A stretch of DNA of 64,000 nucleotides from Phycisphaerae bacterium. GTDB taxonomy: Bacteria; Planctomycetota; Phycisphaerae; UBA1845. Both the position numbers and the translations under genes were made by a program. Where the stretch lies: assembly GCA_963666835.2 (NCBI GenBank), contig CAXXGO010000006.1, positions 1,056,001-1,120,000 on the forward strand. Direction: 5' to 3'. How positions within the stretch are numbered: position 1 is the stretch's first letter; each line of letters begins with the position of its first letter. Below are positions 63,051-64,000 of this stretch, piece by piece. The notes under the pieces are model-generated. The model was not told the origin of the DNA, did not search any database, and saw nothing but the letters and a program-made list of their open reading frames with translations.

Positions 63051-63456
63051 GGAGTAGCCCTCTCTAGTCGTTACGGAAGTCGTTACGGACGATCATAAGT
63101 TGTCTAGTGAGCCGGGTCCACCGTTTCTTTCGTCCAGGCTGCCGGCCGCGGCAACGCCGGGCGAAACGTGTCCTTGAAAACACGATTCTGTCCCGCCGGG
63201 CCGGCGGGGCGTGTTCGCTTTTGAGGCGCTGCGGAGATTCTGTTCCTGCAAATGTGGTCCATCGACCGATAGTACTTGTGCCAGCGTAGCGGAAAGCGTA
63301 GCCTGCCGCGACGTGACAGGCGGCCCGGAGTTCTGCCGAGATTGTGCGCGGAAAATCTCACAGGATTCGGGTCCACTGGCCGATAAGTGCAATCGGCAAA
63401 TGTAAAACCTCGTCCTTATCCAGATAACTCGCGCGGACCTTATGCGGAGACTTGCA

Positions 63457-64000
63457 ATGCGCTTTGCATCCCAAGGCACAGTCCGAATCGTCGTAGGTTG
63501 CGGATTGTTGGTTATGTTGGTGTCTCACGTTTCATGGGCGGATGGCCCCTATGTAGCGGATTCCCAGATGCATGGGCTGCGTATCAGCCAGGCGTCGGGC
63601 GAAACGTCCGAAGCGGTAACCGAAGACAAGGTTGATGACCTGTGGACCAGGAAGAGGTTGACCGGCGATTGGGGGGGGGCTCGAACCTCTCTGGAAGACG
63701 CCGGGATCACCCTCAAGCTGTATTCCCAGACGCAATACATGGTCAACATGCACGGTGGCCTGGAAACGAAGAACGGTAACGACTTCGGATCCAGCTATGA
63801 TCTGACGCTGCTGTTCGATCTCGAGAAGATGAAGCTCATCCCGGGTGGAACGCTGTTCTTTCGGATCAAGGGAACCTCAGGCGGTGAAGTAAGCGATTTC
63901 GACAGGGAGAAGATCGGCGGCCTGTTCAAGACCAACACGGACGGGAGCACTGAGGAGCCCATTTACGTCGACAAGTGGTGGTGGCAGCAGCGGCTCTTCG
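63457..64000 (+). CDS. OprB-family carbohydrate-selective porin (runs off the window; absent from the ORF track)
   Basis: GGAG RBS; signal peptide MRFASQGTVRIVVGCGLLVMLVSHVSWA; LWTRKRLTGDWGGARTSLEDAGI..DLEKM..WWWQQRLF. Confidence 0.85.
   Translation, partial: MRFASQGTVRIVVGCGLLVMLVSHVSWADGPYVADSQMHGLRISQASGETSEAVTEDKVDDLWTRKRLTGDWGGARTSLEDAGITLKLYSQTQYMVNMHGGLETKNGNDFGSSYDLTLLFDLEKMKLIPGGTLFFRIKGTSGGEVSDFDREKIGGLFKTNTDGSTEEPIYVDKWWWQQRLF

Overview
GC-rich bacterial DNA, probably Planctomycetota/Phycisphaerae (inferred from gene content and CxxCGYxLxG..CPECG membrane proteins). Bases ~0.9-24.4 kb form a polymorphic-toxin locus. One full-length Rhs gene with an N-terminal TM helix (split by a single in-frame TAA) is followed by seven 5'-truncated Rhs modules with variable C-terminal tips and downstream putative immunity genes, five of which are membrane proteins ending in a zinc ribbon. 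Every module boundary carries the same ~100-bp element (8 copies): a GGGGTC-N6-like motif and, ~50 bp later, a bulged, strand-specific hairpin. An intact-looking group II intron (9006-11034) sits in the CPECG codons of one immunity gene; its EBS1 matches that motif and splicing restores the frame. The rest is mostly housekeeping: CPA2 antiporter, sigma-54 activator, DksA/TraR finger, S41 and TPPII-like S8 peptidases, lnt, HEAT-mreD-mrdA-rodA, three tandem TonB-dependent receptors, tRNA-Glu, pepD, Rrf2 and an OprB-type porin. It is interspersed with GTAG-REP arrays, repeat mosaics and a broken Y1/RAYT transposase. All calls come from reading motifs by eye; no searches were run.
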